Part shown: positions 44,068 through 53,839 of the stretch, in pieces | Layout of the letters: each line of letters starts with the position of its first letter | Numbering within the stretch: position 1 is the first letter of the stretch | Assembly (NCBI GenBank): GCA_000004985.1 | Contig: GG738850.1 | Direction: 5' to 3' (one strand) | Length of the DNA stretch: 64,000 nucleotides | Source of the DNA: Naegleria gruberi | Taxonomy: Eukaryota | Translations under genes and position numbers: made by a program | Notes under the pieces: model-generated | Seen by the model: the letters and a program-made list of their open reading frames with translations, nothing else | What the model was told of the DNA's origin: nothing | The model's database searches: none

Positions 44068-44110
44068 GTGCCTGACGGTGGAGGGAACTAGCCACTGAGC
44101 TACACCGTCA
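44068..44110 (-). pseudogene. internally deleted tRNA relic (acceptor stem plus D arm fused to the 3' T-arm/acceptor) with a Pol III terminator
   Basis: Minus strand TGACGGTG-TAGCTCAGTGG-CTAGTTCCCTCC-ACCGTCA followed by GGCAC and T7. The 5' and 3' 7-mers are perfectly complementary and the D-arm A box is intact, but the anticodon arm and most of the B box are missing. Confidence 0.4.
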
Positions 44111-44156
44111 TTGGAGTTTATTATCATTGCTTGTTAGTTAAATTCAAAAGTGCATT

Positions 44157-46090
44157 TTAGAGATCCAAGCTGACTTCTGAAATTGCATCTTGGATTTCAA
44201 TTTGTTGAATATTCTTTCTACTGGATGGAAAGAAAGAGGGATAATGCTCTTTAAAGATAATGTTTGGGTTTAGCTCCTTTAGTTTATCCCAACTCAGTAC
44301 TTTTGAAGCGTTTTGTCCTTTAGCCAATCTCCTCATATCATCTGAAGTTAGTGGACGATACTCTACAATTTTCAAACTTGGATTCTTTTCAAAAGGATTG
44401 CTTGTGAAAAATACCTTTGGTAGAATAATGTGCTCCAATGAAGGTAGCTTTACAATTTTTGTAAAATAATCCAAAACCAATTGATGCTTTTCAATGTGAA
44501 TAAACGAAAGATTTGGAGAGTTTTCTGAAATGAGCTTTTAACAGTATGTATATCAAGTATATCATAAACAGTCAATCGTTTCAAGTTCTTGAATGATTCC
44601 AGAGCTTGGTGAAGGATTTCCAAATTAGTAACATAGGAATCATAAGGGACATTAATATTTCTAGAATTTTCAACAAGGAATGGATTTTTCATTACCTCTG
44701 TCAGGATATCTCTAACTGGTGGGATTGTATCCTTTGGTAAGAAGAGTTTACTCACCAGCGATCTATTATTATTAATTTCCTTATTATAGAGTGAGTCACT
44801 ACTAATTTCAATGTCGAATTCTTGTAAAAACTGTTTGACCAAGTTTCTGGAGTACCTATTGAGCGAGCTCATTACTAATAGTTGCTTTGTTTGGAGGAAT
44901 GACATGATGAGGCACAAATTATCATCATTTAGTAAACGTAAATGGAATAGAGGAAGAGATTTGGAGAATGGATTAACTAATTTGGCTTTGGCAACATCCA
45001 AATCTTTCTCTTTGATCATTCCCAACCTACCATAAGTTGCTGCTCTCATCAAGTAAGGTTGTTCTCTCTGTTTCAATAGTGGCATTAATGAAATGGATTT
45101 GGAAAAGTCTTCTACAGCTTTTTTCAATTCACCAAGATAATAATAACAGAGTCCTCTATTGTAATATGAGGATTCTACCAATTCTGATGAGTATTCCTCT
45201 CCAAGTTTGATTGCCTTGCTCAGATATGGTACAGCATCTGAATAAAATGTTCCAGAATAATACGAAATACCAGCCCTAATATACAGCAATTCAAGATTGA
45301 AGAAAGTTGTTGGTTTTGATTTGAGAACTGGTTGATCAGATCCCATCATTAAATTGTGGTTATAGAAATTCTTGGCCATATTTGAGAAATTGGAAACACC
45401 AGTTGAATATTGATTAAATCCTTTCGTCCACGAAGTTAACACCTTCTCAACAGGTTTCTTTGCCTCCAATTGCATGGCAAAGAATTGTTCCTCCAAACGA
45501 GTCAAACTCTTCTCCAAATCTTCCCTCCCACTTGTACTATTCTCAGCCAACAGCTGTTCAACATGTTCCCTGTGCTTAATGGCATTCATAAAGTGATGAG
45601 CTGCCTCTTCAAACTCACCCAATCCATCACAACAAACACCCATCAGATATTCAGCCAAATAGAAATGTGAGCTAAACACTTGATCTTGCAATTGTTGAAT
45701 GGATTGACCTGATTGGTAAACAACCTGATCTTTCATAAACGAAAAGGCTTCCATCAAGTCTTGTTTAGCCAACAGAAATTCCTTCATCTCCAACCTAGCA
45801 CAACATCTCTGAATCAACAATTTGTCCAATTCTTCCCTTTCGGATACATTCAACGAATTCAAATCAACAGATTCTTGAATTTCCTTGATAGAAAGTGTTG
45901 ATTTTCCTTCAAGTTTACTCGAAGCAGTCTTGTCAAACTTTTTCCTTGTCAAAACTTCATAAATCTTTAAATTATTGGCACGGATAGATTCGTCCACTGA
46001 TCGAAGATTCTTTCCAAGACCACCAACGGCTTCAATTGCAATTAGGAATGGCAATAGATAGAGAGGTGGACAGTAACAGCCGTGACACAT
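44157..46090 (-). CDS. TPR-repeat protein with an LRR-like C-terminal region; frameshift or short intron near 44450..44500
   Basis: ORF 44450..46090 (ATG at 46090) contains TPR units (NRGLCYYYLGELKKAVEDFSKSISL). The adjacent ORF 44157..44480 lies in another frame and continues the leucine-rich pattern. A candidate GTAAAG..CACAAG intron (53 nt) or a 1-nt indel would fuse them. Confidence 0.45.
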
Positions 46091-46890
46091 TTTTTTATGG
46101 TTGGAAAATTGAAAAAGTTCATCAATAGGAACGAAATCAAAAATTTATCAAGAGATAACTAAGATATATGATCTCACACAGATATTCAAATTGTATCAAA
46201 ATAATTCACAATAGAACTCAGCATGCATCTTGTAATAAACAAGATAACACTTTTGCTTGCGAAATCATCTCTTAATTTGCTGTCGTACTTGTTAGAAATT
46301 GGTGACATTATAACTATTACAAAATAAATATATTACCCATTCACTTTCATCATCAAACTAATTTGAAAAACGAGTGAAGTTTTTGATGCTTACAGTTCCA
46401 CCAATAAGAGCAATAAAGGAAGGTTAATTTGTCAATCTAAACATGTTGTTTAAATTCCAAATTGAATTCTTGATATTTTCAATAATTGAGATTTAGATTG
46501 TATTAGTTTGCATGTAAACTCGTATTTCAAATCATACATGATAATTGTACATGTGTACATGTCCACAATGTGTGGTAATTTTTTAGGTTATCAATTTGGT
46601 GATTAGACAAGTTTCAATGAGTTCCCAAATAATGGTTTAAAGCTTTGCGATCATTACGGTTAAATGAGAATATTGTAAACTAAATATCCTCCCTTTTTCA
46701 ATAATCCTATTTTTACTGTATCCTATTCGATAGTAAGACGCATTCGAAAGAAACTGAGGTGTTACCATTCCTCTTACTGACTTCTCAATAAGGTTGTTCC
46801 ACAAATGTTCAACCAATTCAATTCTCAGAAAACCATTGAACTCTAATAAACTCCATTGTAACTATTGTAATCTTATTCATTAAAAACTGC

Positions 46891-46898
46891 TATAAATT
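46891..46898 (+). promoter_or_regulatory. TATA-box-like element upstream of the 46985 gene
   Basis: TATAAATT lies about 90 bp upstream of the ATG in an AT-rich divergent promoter region. Confidence 0.3.
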
Positions 46899-46984
46899 CA
46901 ATTTACCATTCATTGGATGATTAAACAAATCAAAAAACAAATTCAATATTTGAAAAAACTCAAAAGCTATTAAAATCTTAAGAA

Positions 46985-47521
46985 ATGACTGAACAAACTC
47001 ACGAAGAATTATTCAACCAAAACGTATGTGGAAATGGTTTGGCATTCAAGAAGGTAGTTCGTGAATTATTCAACAATCGTATTGTTCCTGCCACCAAGAA
47101 TCTTCAACAAGTCAATCCAAAGATGATCATCTTGTTGGATTGGGCTTCTCTTGCTGCATTGCCAACTGAAACCAAGTACAAGTATGGTGATAGATTTGCT
47201 GAAGATACCTTGTTGAATAATTGCATCAAATTCTTAACCGAATGTCCAAGATTGAGCAATATGAGTGAAATTGCCAAGGTTTTCATCAAGGATCCTGATT
47301 GTAAGGATGCTTTCATGGGATTGGAAAAATTGATTTTCAGAGTTGTTCACAATGCTGAAAGTAAGGAATCTTCTGGTTTCCTTGGATATTCTTACAAGAT
47401 TAATGGAGTTGATTTGGTTGTCACTTTAGAATGTAATTTGACTCTTGTTATGAAGGTTGCCAATGAAAGACAAAGTCCATCTGCTGATTCTGAAGCTAAA
47501 AAGTTGATTAATGCTTTCTAA
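46985..47521 (+). CDS. hypothetical protein (178 aa)
   Basis: ATG at 46985, with a TATA-like TATAAATT at 46891..46898. The ORF is uninterrupted. Any Mog1/PsbP-like resemblance is weak. Confidence 0.4.
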   Translation: MTEQTHEELFNQNVCGNGLAFKKVVRELFNNRIVPATKNLQQVNPKMIILLDWASLAALPTETKYKYGDRFAEDTLLNNCIKFLTECPRLSNMSEIAKVFIKDPDCKDAFMGLEKLIFRVVHNAESKESSGFLGYSYKINGVDLVVTLECNLTLVMKVANERQSPSADSEAKKLINAF

Positions 47522-47664
47522 TTCAAAAGGTAGTCCAATGTATTGTTTTCCAATAAAAAGTTTTTTAATGGAACTAAATAATAAATAAATTAGATTTGTG
47601 ATGAGGAGATTACCGCTTTAGCTAAATAATAAATAAATCTTTGCTGACTGAAATCCAATAAAAA

Positions 47665-47758
47665 AGACTACAGCACCACAGGTTCCCAAGTTGTCTCCAA
47701 CCTCAGTACTGATGTGGCTCGACTATGCTTAACTTCTCAAATCAAACGGGATCAGCTA
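47665..47758 (-). pseudogene. 5S rRNA pseudogene (3' ~90 nt retained, 5' end diverged)
   Basis: The reverse complement matches 5S from CCCGT..GATTTGAGAAGTTAAGCAT to GGTGCTGTAGTCT. The 5' 30 nt cannot form helix I. The 3' flank is homologous to that of 5S copy 2. Confidence 0.7.
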
Positions 47759-47870
47759 TTTTGACAAGTCATTATTCGAAAACAGAGAATTTTTATTAGC
47801 ACTACTTAAAAAATATTCCTATAATTGGGTTTTCATTAACACATTTGATGATGAGCTATACGAATGTGGA

Positions 47871-48536
47871 GTGGTAGATTCTTCATATTATTTTGGAAAA
47901 TATTTGGAAAAATATTGTAATAATAAGGAATATTTAATAAGGGCCATCAAGAGGAACTCTAATTTATTTGAAATTCTTTCTCATAAGTTAGATGAAGAGG
48001 ATCGTATGCAACTGACAAAAAACAACTCAAAAGAGGTCAAAGCTACGAATTATTTGACAGATAGAATTGAGAGACTTTCTGATGAAGAAAAGAAAGATAA
48101 AGAGCTAATTATTGGCCACCTCAAAATATCACCCATGTCCTTCCCATTCATTGATCCATCCTTAAAGAACGATATAGATGTGGTAATGGCAACCGTCACC
48201 AAGCATGGAGGTGTTCTGAAGCTTCTCTCTCCAGAAATGAAAAAGAATAAGGAAGTTGTAATGGCTAGCAAACATCAAGGTTTTGCCTATGCAGATAAGA
48301 CACTTCAGAGAGATATACAAGTCATTCTTAATGCAGCACAATATTTTGGAGGAATTTTAGAGCTATTAGATAAGGATTTGAGAAATGATGAGGAAATTGT
48401 TCTTCAATGCATCAAGACAACACCCATGGCATTAGAATTTGCAAGTGAAACTCTGAGAAATAATCCAGAAATTGTGAGAGTAGCTTACAATTTAGATCCA
48501 AAAGTTTTGGAATTTACTGATCTTGGTTCTTTTTAA
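47871..48536 (+). CDS. DUF4116-repeat protein (5' end unresolved)
   Basis: Repeats of the type D(K/E)E(I/V)VL.AIK.N..AL..AS..LRND.EIV match DUF4116. The reading frame is open from 47733 but has no in-frame ATG before codon 45. The track start is GTG. Confidence 0.45.
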   Translation: MVDSSYYFGKYLEKYCNNKEYLIRAIKRNSNLFEILSHKLDEEDRMQLTKNNSKEVKATNYLTDRIERLSDEEKKDKELIIGHLKISPMSFPFIDPSLKNDIDVVMATVTKHGGVLKLLSPEMKKNKEVVMASKHQGFAYADKTLQRDIQVILNAAQYFGGILELLDKDLRNDEEIVLQCIKTTPMALEFASETLRNNPEIVRVAYNLDPKVLEFTDLGSF

Positions 48537-48707
48537 AGTATTTCCATAACACTCAAAATAACTCAAACAATGAACCATATCCACAAAAGATAAAACAGCC
48601 GAGCAAGGTTTCTTTACTTGCAGCTTCTCCACAAATAGTTATAGTACATCCTTTCATTTCTGGACAGCTTTTTCAGATTACTTTATGTCTGAAAACTAAA
48701 AATCAGA

Positions 48708-48781
48708 TACCGACAATGGGGCTCGAACCCACGACCCCAGGATTAGAAGTCCTGTGCTCTATCCAACTGAGCTATGACGGC
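48708..48781 (-). tRNA. tRNA-Arg (TCT)
   Basis: Minus strand GCCGTCA-TA-GCTCAGTTGGATAGAGC-A-CAGGA-CTTCTAA-TCCTG-GGGTC-GTGGGTTCGAGCCCCAT-TGTCGGT-A. A and B boxes are present. There is one U5:U68 mismatch. A T5 run lies downstream. Confidence 0.8.
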
Positions 48782-49403
48782 TTTACATCATCTTATATTG
48801 AGGCACTAGGTCAGACAACAATCAAGTTAACAATAATGATTATTGGTTCGTTCGTGTTCAATTGTTAAAATTCTAGAAACTGCAGCAACTCATTTCTTTA
48901 TATTAATTTCATACTATTTTCGGAAATTGTTTAATGCATTGAACAATTTTAAACAATCAATACTTGAAAAGATACAGTTGCTGCAACAAGCTCATAAAAC
49001 TTCATGACTATGTTGATAACAATTTGGCAACAAATAATATCACCAAATTAAGATTAAAACGTTATCCATGAAAAACCGTTACCCAATCTATTTCACTGTT
49101 ATCGCTGCAAGAATGGCAGTTATTGTATTATGTTAAACAATTTAATCAAGTAATGAATGCTCACAAATGGAATCTTCTTGAATCCTTAATGATTCATGGC
49201 AAGAAATTCAATTCATGATTCGAATATTTTGAATCGTCACAGCAACCGACACTGATTGGTTTTAGATAATTTAATGGTTGGTTCTACTATTTGGGTGTTT
49301 CATTCTCAATTGTATTTAAGTGTATCATCCAATTCTTAATTTTTCAAAAAGAAAAAAACAAAGAGCCTTCTCTATTCGATTCTAACTAAATAACCCATTC
49401 ACA

Positions 49404-49949
49404 ATGTCCTCAATTTTCAGTAGATCTGCTAGTTTGGCACACCTTGACTCTCAAACCGTGACCTCACTTAATGAACTCAAATTGGAAACAAGAAAAAATT
49501 ACCGAAAAACCACAACAGAAAATGTGTTTAGTCATCCTTCGTATAGAGAAATGATAGCAGATATCGTTAGAGCCAAAGAAGAAGTAACCGAAAGAAAACT
49601 TGCCCAACGACGTGCACAAGAAGAAGAAATCAGACGAAAAGAAGAAGAGGAACGAATTCAAGCAGAAGAATTAAGGAAAGAATTAGCAAAAGTCAAAGTT
49701 CCAGTGAATAATAGAAAAAATCTATTTTCAAACAGAATGCAATCGAGAAAAGATAGTCAGGATTTCACTCCTCTCATCATTTCTAAAAATGTTGAATCTC
49801 TTGATTTGATAAAAGTTTCGTCCAATTCAAGTAAGATTATTCTCAGAGAAAGACCAAGAAGAAACACAACACCTGTACCCTTACAATCGAATACAGAGAA
49901 TGAATCAGCAGCGCCAATAACTCCTCCATCTCCAGGTGATTTCAAATAA
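49404..49949 (+). CDS. hypothetical charged coiled-coil protein (181 aa)
   Basis: ATG at 49404. A K/E/R-rich helical segment (RRAQEEEIRRKEEEERIQAEELRKEL) is followed by an S/T/P-rich tail. Confidence 0.4.
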   Translation: MSSIFSRSASLAHLDSQTVTSLNELKLETRKNYRKTTTENVFSHPSYREMIADIVRAKEEVTERKLAQRRAQEEEIRRKEEEERIQAEELRKELAKVKVPVNNRKNLFSNRMQSRKDSQDFTPLIISKNVESLDLIKVSSNSSKIILRERPRRNTTPVPLQSNTENESAAPITPPSPGDFK

Positions 49950-50147
49950 CCGAATGCACTGTCAGATCATCTAATATTAGTTTCCTGACTCTATAAGAAA
50001 CTTCATTTCAAGACTTTGTGATCTTTCAATAGTCCAATTTTGTAATATTTTATCACAGATCTCGAAAAGCTTGAAAAGAGATGTTATTGAATAAGTTTCT
50101 TTAATGTCACTTTCTCCACAACTTTCCAATAAACAAAATCTTTAAAA

Positions 50148-51788
50148 ATGTCTGCAATTCAATTCATTTCTTTAAACTCATCAAGTTGCCATCCACTCCT
50201 CCTCAATCTATCCATCTCAAATCCATTCCTATTCAGAGAACCACTCACTGAATCATCGCTTCAATATGGCCTGTGTCCAGAAACTTATATTGCATTTAGT
50301 TTGGCCACAGTTGTCCTCCTGCTCTATATTGCAACCATGATCATTGCCATGATTGGATTAGTTTGGCAGAGGAAGAAAACTCACATTCAAGCCAGGAGTT
50401 TACCTCTGATTATTGCCAATATGGTGGCTAATTTGACACTAGTTCTATTGGTGACATTGAGAGTGATTGTGAGTAAGAAATTGTATCCGTGTTTCTTACT
50501 TTCATTGACATTCATGTTGTATCCACCATTGTTGACCTTGCCATCGATATTGAGAGGTCTTCGTTTGTATTCGCTTTTTAAGCTCAATTTGAAAAAGAAG
50601 AGAATATTTGGTTCGAAACATGATGAAAGTCTTGAAATGCAACAATTGAATGAATCAAGGAGATCAATAGTGGACGAAAGCTCAACCTCATTGGAAAGCA
50701 TGTCATCCCAACAAACAAATACCAGTTGTATTCTTTCCATATCAGAACCACAATCACTACCTGCAAACACATTCGATCAAATATCGAATAGAAACCAAAC
50801 TATTCAATGCTCTTCCGATGAAGCTCAAAAACCATCCAATCAAATTTCAACTCGAGATAGAGTCCTTATGAGGATGTTTGAATTTCTATCTAGTTACAAA
50901 TTCTTCATTACTGTATATTTAGTTTCGTTTCTAATACATCTGGGATTATGGGCAATTGTTGGTGGAATTGAGATTGGGGTTTACAAGTCAAGTGGTTCTT
51001 GGGTTTTTGTGGAAAGTGGATTCTTTGAAGCATCACATGGTTGCAACATTACTCCAAAGATTCTAATTGTTTTGGGAATTCAAGCAGCTTTCTACATTGC
51101 ATTAGTTGTCATTGTTAATATTTTGTGTTTAGTTTCAGATAGAGACACCTTCAACATCAAATTGGAAGAATTAACTCTCACTGCAGTGTTTGCTGTCATT
51201 ATTATCCTATACACAATTTTTGGGTCAATTCCTGTAATCACAACTCTGGTTGATTATTTTGTGCCATATGTTTTGATATTTGTTGTTTACACATGGTTGG
51301 AAACAGTTATTGGTGTCATTCTACCAGTTTATTATTCAATTAGAGATTCGTCAATTTCTACTCCCAATCAAAACAATTCCACATCTGAAAAAGACCATTC
51401 GCTCAATAACACCATAACCTCCCTCCTACATGATAAGAAAGCATTCGAAATCATTTCAGATTTTGCTAGACGAAGCTATTGTTTGGAAGATGTTTTAGCG
51501 TGGAAAGAAATTCAAAATTTCAAAAAGATGAAAAAACGAAGAATTGCAGCTTTTGAATTTTTGAAAACTTTTCTAGTTTCTGGTTCACCACTCGAGTTGA
51601 ATATTCCAAACGGATATAAAACTCTAAATAGTCTTCAGGAGAGTTTAGATTCGAATATGGAAGAACCACCTGCCAATTTATTTGCTGATATTGAGTTTAA
51701 TTGTTTGTTTAACATGGTTGACTTGTTACAACGTCTCAAAGTTAGGAATGATTACATTGCCAACAAACTTTCTAATATCACTCAATAG
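50148..51788 (+). CDS. seven-TM receptor-like protein with a C-terminal RGS domain, paralog A
   Basis: Three N-terminal TM helices, an S/T/N-rich loop and four more TM helices are followed by an RGS signature (FARRSYCLEDVLAWKEIQNFKK..FEFLKTFLVSGSPLELNI). It is about 65% identical to the next gene. Confidence 0.6.
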   Translation: MSAIQFISLNSSSCHPLLLNLSISNPFLFREPLTESSLQYGLCPETYIAFSLATVVLLLYIATMIIAMIGLVWQRKKTHIQARSLPLIIANMVANLTLVLLVTLRVIVSKKLYPCFLLSLTFMLYPPLLTLPSILRGLRLYSLFKLNLKKKRIFGSKHDESLEMQQLNESRRSIVDESSTSLESMSSQQTNTSCILSISEPQSLPANTFDQISNRNQTIQCSSDEAQKPSNQISTRDRVLMRMFEFLSSYKFFITVYLVSFLIHLGLWAIVGGIEIGVYKSSGSWVFVESGFFEASHGCNITPKILIVLGIQAAFYIALVVIVNILCLVSDRDTFNIKLEELTLTAVFAVIIILYTIFGSIPVITTLVDYFVPYVLIFVVYTWLETVIGVILPVYYSIRDSSISTPNQNNSTSEKDHSLNNTITSLLHDKKAFEIISDFARRSYCLEDVLAWKEIQNFKKMKKRRIAAFEFLKTFLVSGSPLELNIPNGYKTLNSLQESLDSNMEEPPANLFADIEFNCLFNMVDLLQRLKVRNDYIANKLSNITQ

Positions 51789-52087
51789 ACATCTATTGAC
51801 ACTTCGAATACGCTGTTCGAATACATTTGTATTATTGAAAATATTAAATTGTCTATTCATGTTTTAAATCATTGAAAGAGTCCAGTATTGTAATTAATAT
51901 TTTTAAATTAGATGAAAGATTGTTATTTAACATGATATCCTTAACAAGACTTTTGACATAATAAAGCCACATGCTCAATATTTTTGACAGCCACTAATTC
52001 GAATTTGCTCCAAATAAAATATTGACATTTGACCTCTGCCAATACTGTGTGCCTCTAAACATCGCCACTGCGAAAACAACAAACAAA

Positions 52088-53737
52088 ATGTCTCTAAACA
52101 GCACGTTTCCACTCGCTTCCACATTCAACTCTACAAGTTGTCATCCTCTCCTGTTAAACATGTCCATAACAAATCCTATGATATTTCGTGAGGAATTTTC
52201 ACAGTCTTCACTTCAGTATGGATTGTGTCCGGAAACTTATATTGCCCTATCGATTGCATCCTTTGTCCTTTTCGTTTATTTAGTCACGACATGTATTGCC
52301 ATGATTGGATTAGTTTGGCAGAGGAAGAAAACTCACATTCAAGCCAGAAGTTTACCTCTAATTATTGCCAATACGGTGGCCAACTTGACACTGGTTCTGT
52401 TGGTGGCTCTGAGAGTGATTGTGAGTAAGAAATATTATCCATGTTTCTTACTTTCATTGACTTTCATGTTGTATCCACCATTGTTGACCTTGCCATCGAT
52501 ATTGAGAGGATCACGGCATTACTTTTTATTTAGACTAAACTTGATGAAGAAGAAGGTTTTTGGAACGAGTGTTGATGAATTGTCAGAGTTGCAATCTATT
52601 TCTTCGATGAGTGTTTCTGGAAAGTTGGAACATAGGAGGTCAAATTCTAGCTCATCACTTGGTCAACTCTTTTCCAGAACTAATAGTTTTAGTACAACAA
52701 CATCTGGGCCAACAAGTAGTACAACAGCTGGTCAAGATAATAACAATGCTTCATCACAAGAATTTCTTCAAATTGATGAAAAACAAACTAATTTGGAAGA
52801 TATCTTATCGAGAAGGGATCAATTATTGATGAGATTTTATGAATTTATGGCCAGTTACAAGTTTTTCATCACTGTGTATGTGGTATCATTTCTAATACAT
52901 CTTGGATTATGGGCAATTGTTGGTGGAATTGAGATTGGAGTTTACAATTCAAGTGGTTCTTGGGTTTTTGTGGAAAGTGGATTCTTTGAAGCATCACATG
53001 GTTGCAATATTACTCCAAAGATTCTAATTGTTTTGGGAATTCAAGCAGCTTTCTATTTGGTTTGGATGTTTGTTATTAATATTTTGTGTATTCTTTCAGA
53101 TAGAGATACATTTAACATCAAATTGGAAGAATTGATTTTGACTGTGATTTTAATAGTAGCTTTGATTTTGTACACGATTTTTGGTTCAATTCCTGTAATC
53201 ACAACTCTGGTTGATTATTTTGTACCTTACGTTTTGATATTTGTTGTTTATTCATTGTTGGAAACAATTATTGGAGTCATTCTTCCAGTTTATTACTCAA
53301 TTAGAGATACAATGAATGAAACAAATCATGATTCGGATAAATCCGCCAGTCATATGGTCAAAGCTCTTCTCAAGGAAAAGAAATCTCTTGATAAGATTTC
53401 AGATTTTGCTAGACGAAGCTATTGTTTGGAAGATGTATTGGCCTGGAAAGAAATTCAAAACTATAAGAAAATGAAAAAACGAAAGCAAGCTGCTCTGGAC
53501 TTTATCAAAACCTATTTACTTCCTGGAGCTCCTCTCGAGTTGAATATTCCAAAGAGTGCCGCAACATTGGCAAATTTGAGGGAACAAATGGATAGCTCCA
53601 CTGATGAACCTCCTGTTAATTTGTTTGATGTTGTGGAACATCAATGTTTATTTAACATGACTGATTTGTTAAATAGATTGGTGGTTAAGGATGAATATAT
53701 TGCTCAAAAGATTGCTGAGTGTACTGGTAATAAGTAG
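52088..53737 (+). CDS. seven-TM receptor-like protein with a C-terminal RGS domain, paralog B
   Basis: The ATG at 52088 aligns with paralog A's N-terminus (SCHPLLLN.SI.NP). The track start at 52022 is TTG. TM layout and RGS motif are the same (SYCLEDVLAWKEIQNYKK). Confidence 0.6.
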   Translation: MSLNSTFPLASTFNSTSCHPLLLNMSITNPMIFREEFSQSSLQYGLCPETYIALSIASFVLFVYLVTTCIAMIGLVWQRKKTHIQARSLPLIIANTVANLTLVLLVALRVIVSKKYYPCFLLSLTFMLYPPLLTLPSILRGSRHYFLFRLNLMKKKVFGTSVDELSELQSISSMSVSGKLEHRRSNSSSSLGQLFSRTNSFSTTTSGPTSSTTAGQDNNNASSQEFLQIDEKQTNLEDILSRRDQLLMRFYEFMASYKFFITVYVVSFLIHLGLWAIVGGIEIGVYNSSGSWVFVESGFFEASHGCNITPKILIVLGIQAAFYLVWMFVINILCILSDRDTFNIKLEELILTVILIVALILYTIFGSIPVITTLVDYFVPYVLIFVVYSLLETIIGVILPVYYSIRDTMNETNHDSDKSASHMVKALLKEKKSLDKISDFARRSYCLEDVLAWKEIQNYKKMKKRKQAALDFIKTYLLPGAPLELNIPKSAATLANLREQMDSSTDEPPVNLFDVVEHQCLFNMTDLLNRLVVKDEYIAQKIAECTGNK

Positions 53738-53839
53738 AATTCGGAACTATTGTCACTTTTCAATAATTGAAGAGTGCCATGAAAATTCTACATCATTTGA
53801 CTGTTCAATGAAAGTCAATTACTTTCATGAAATGGAGGA

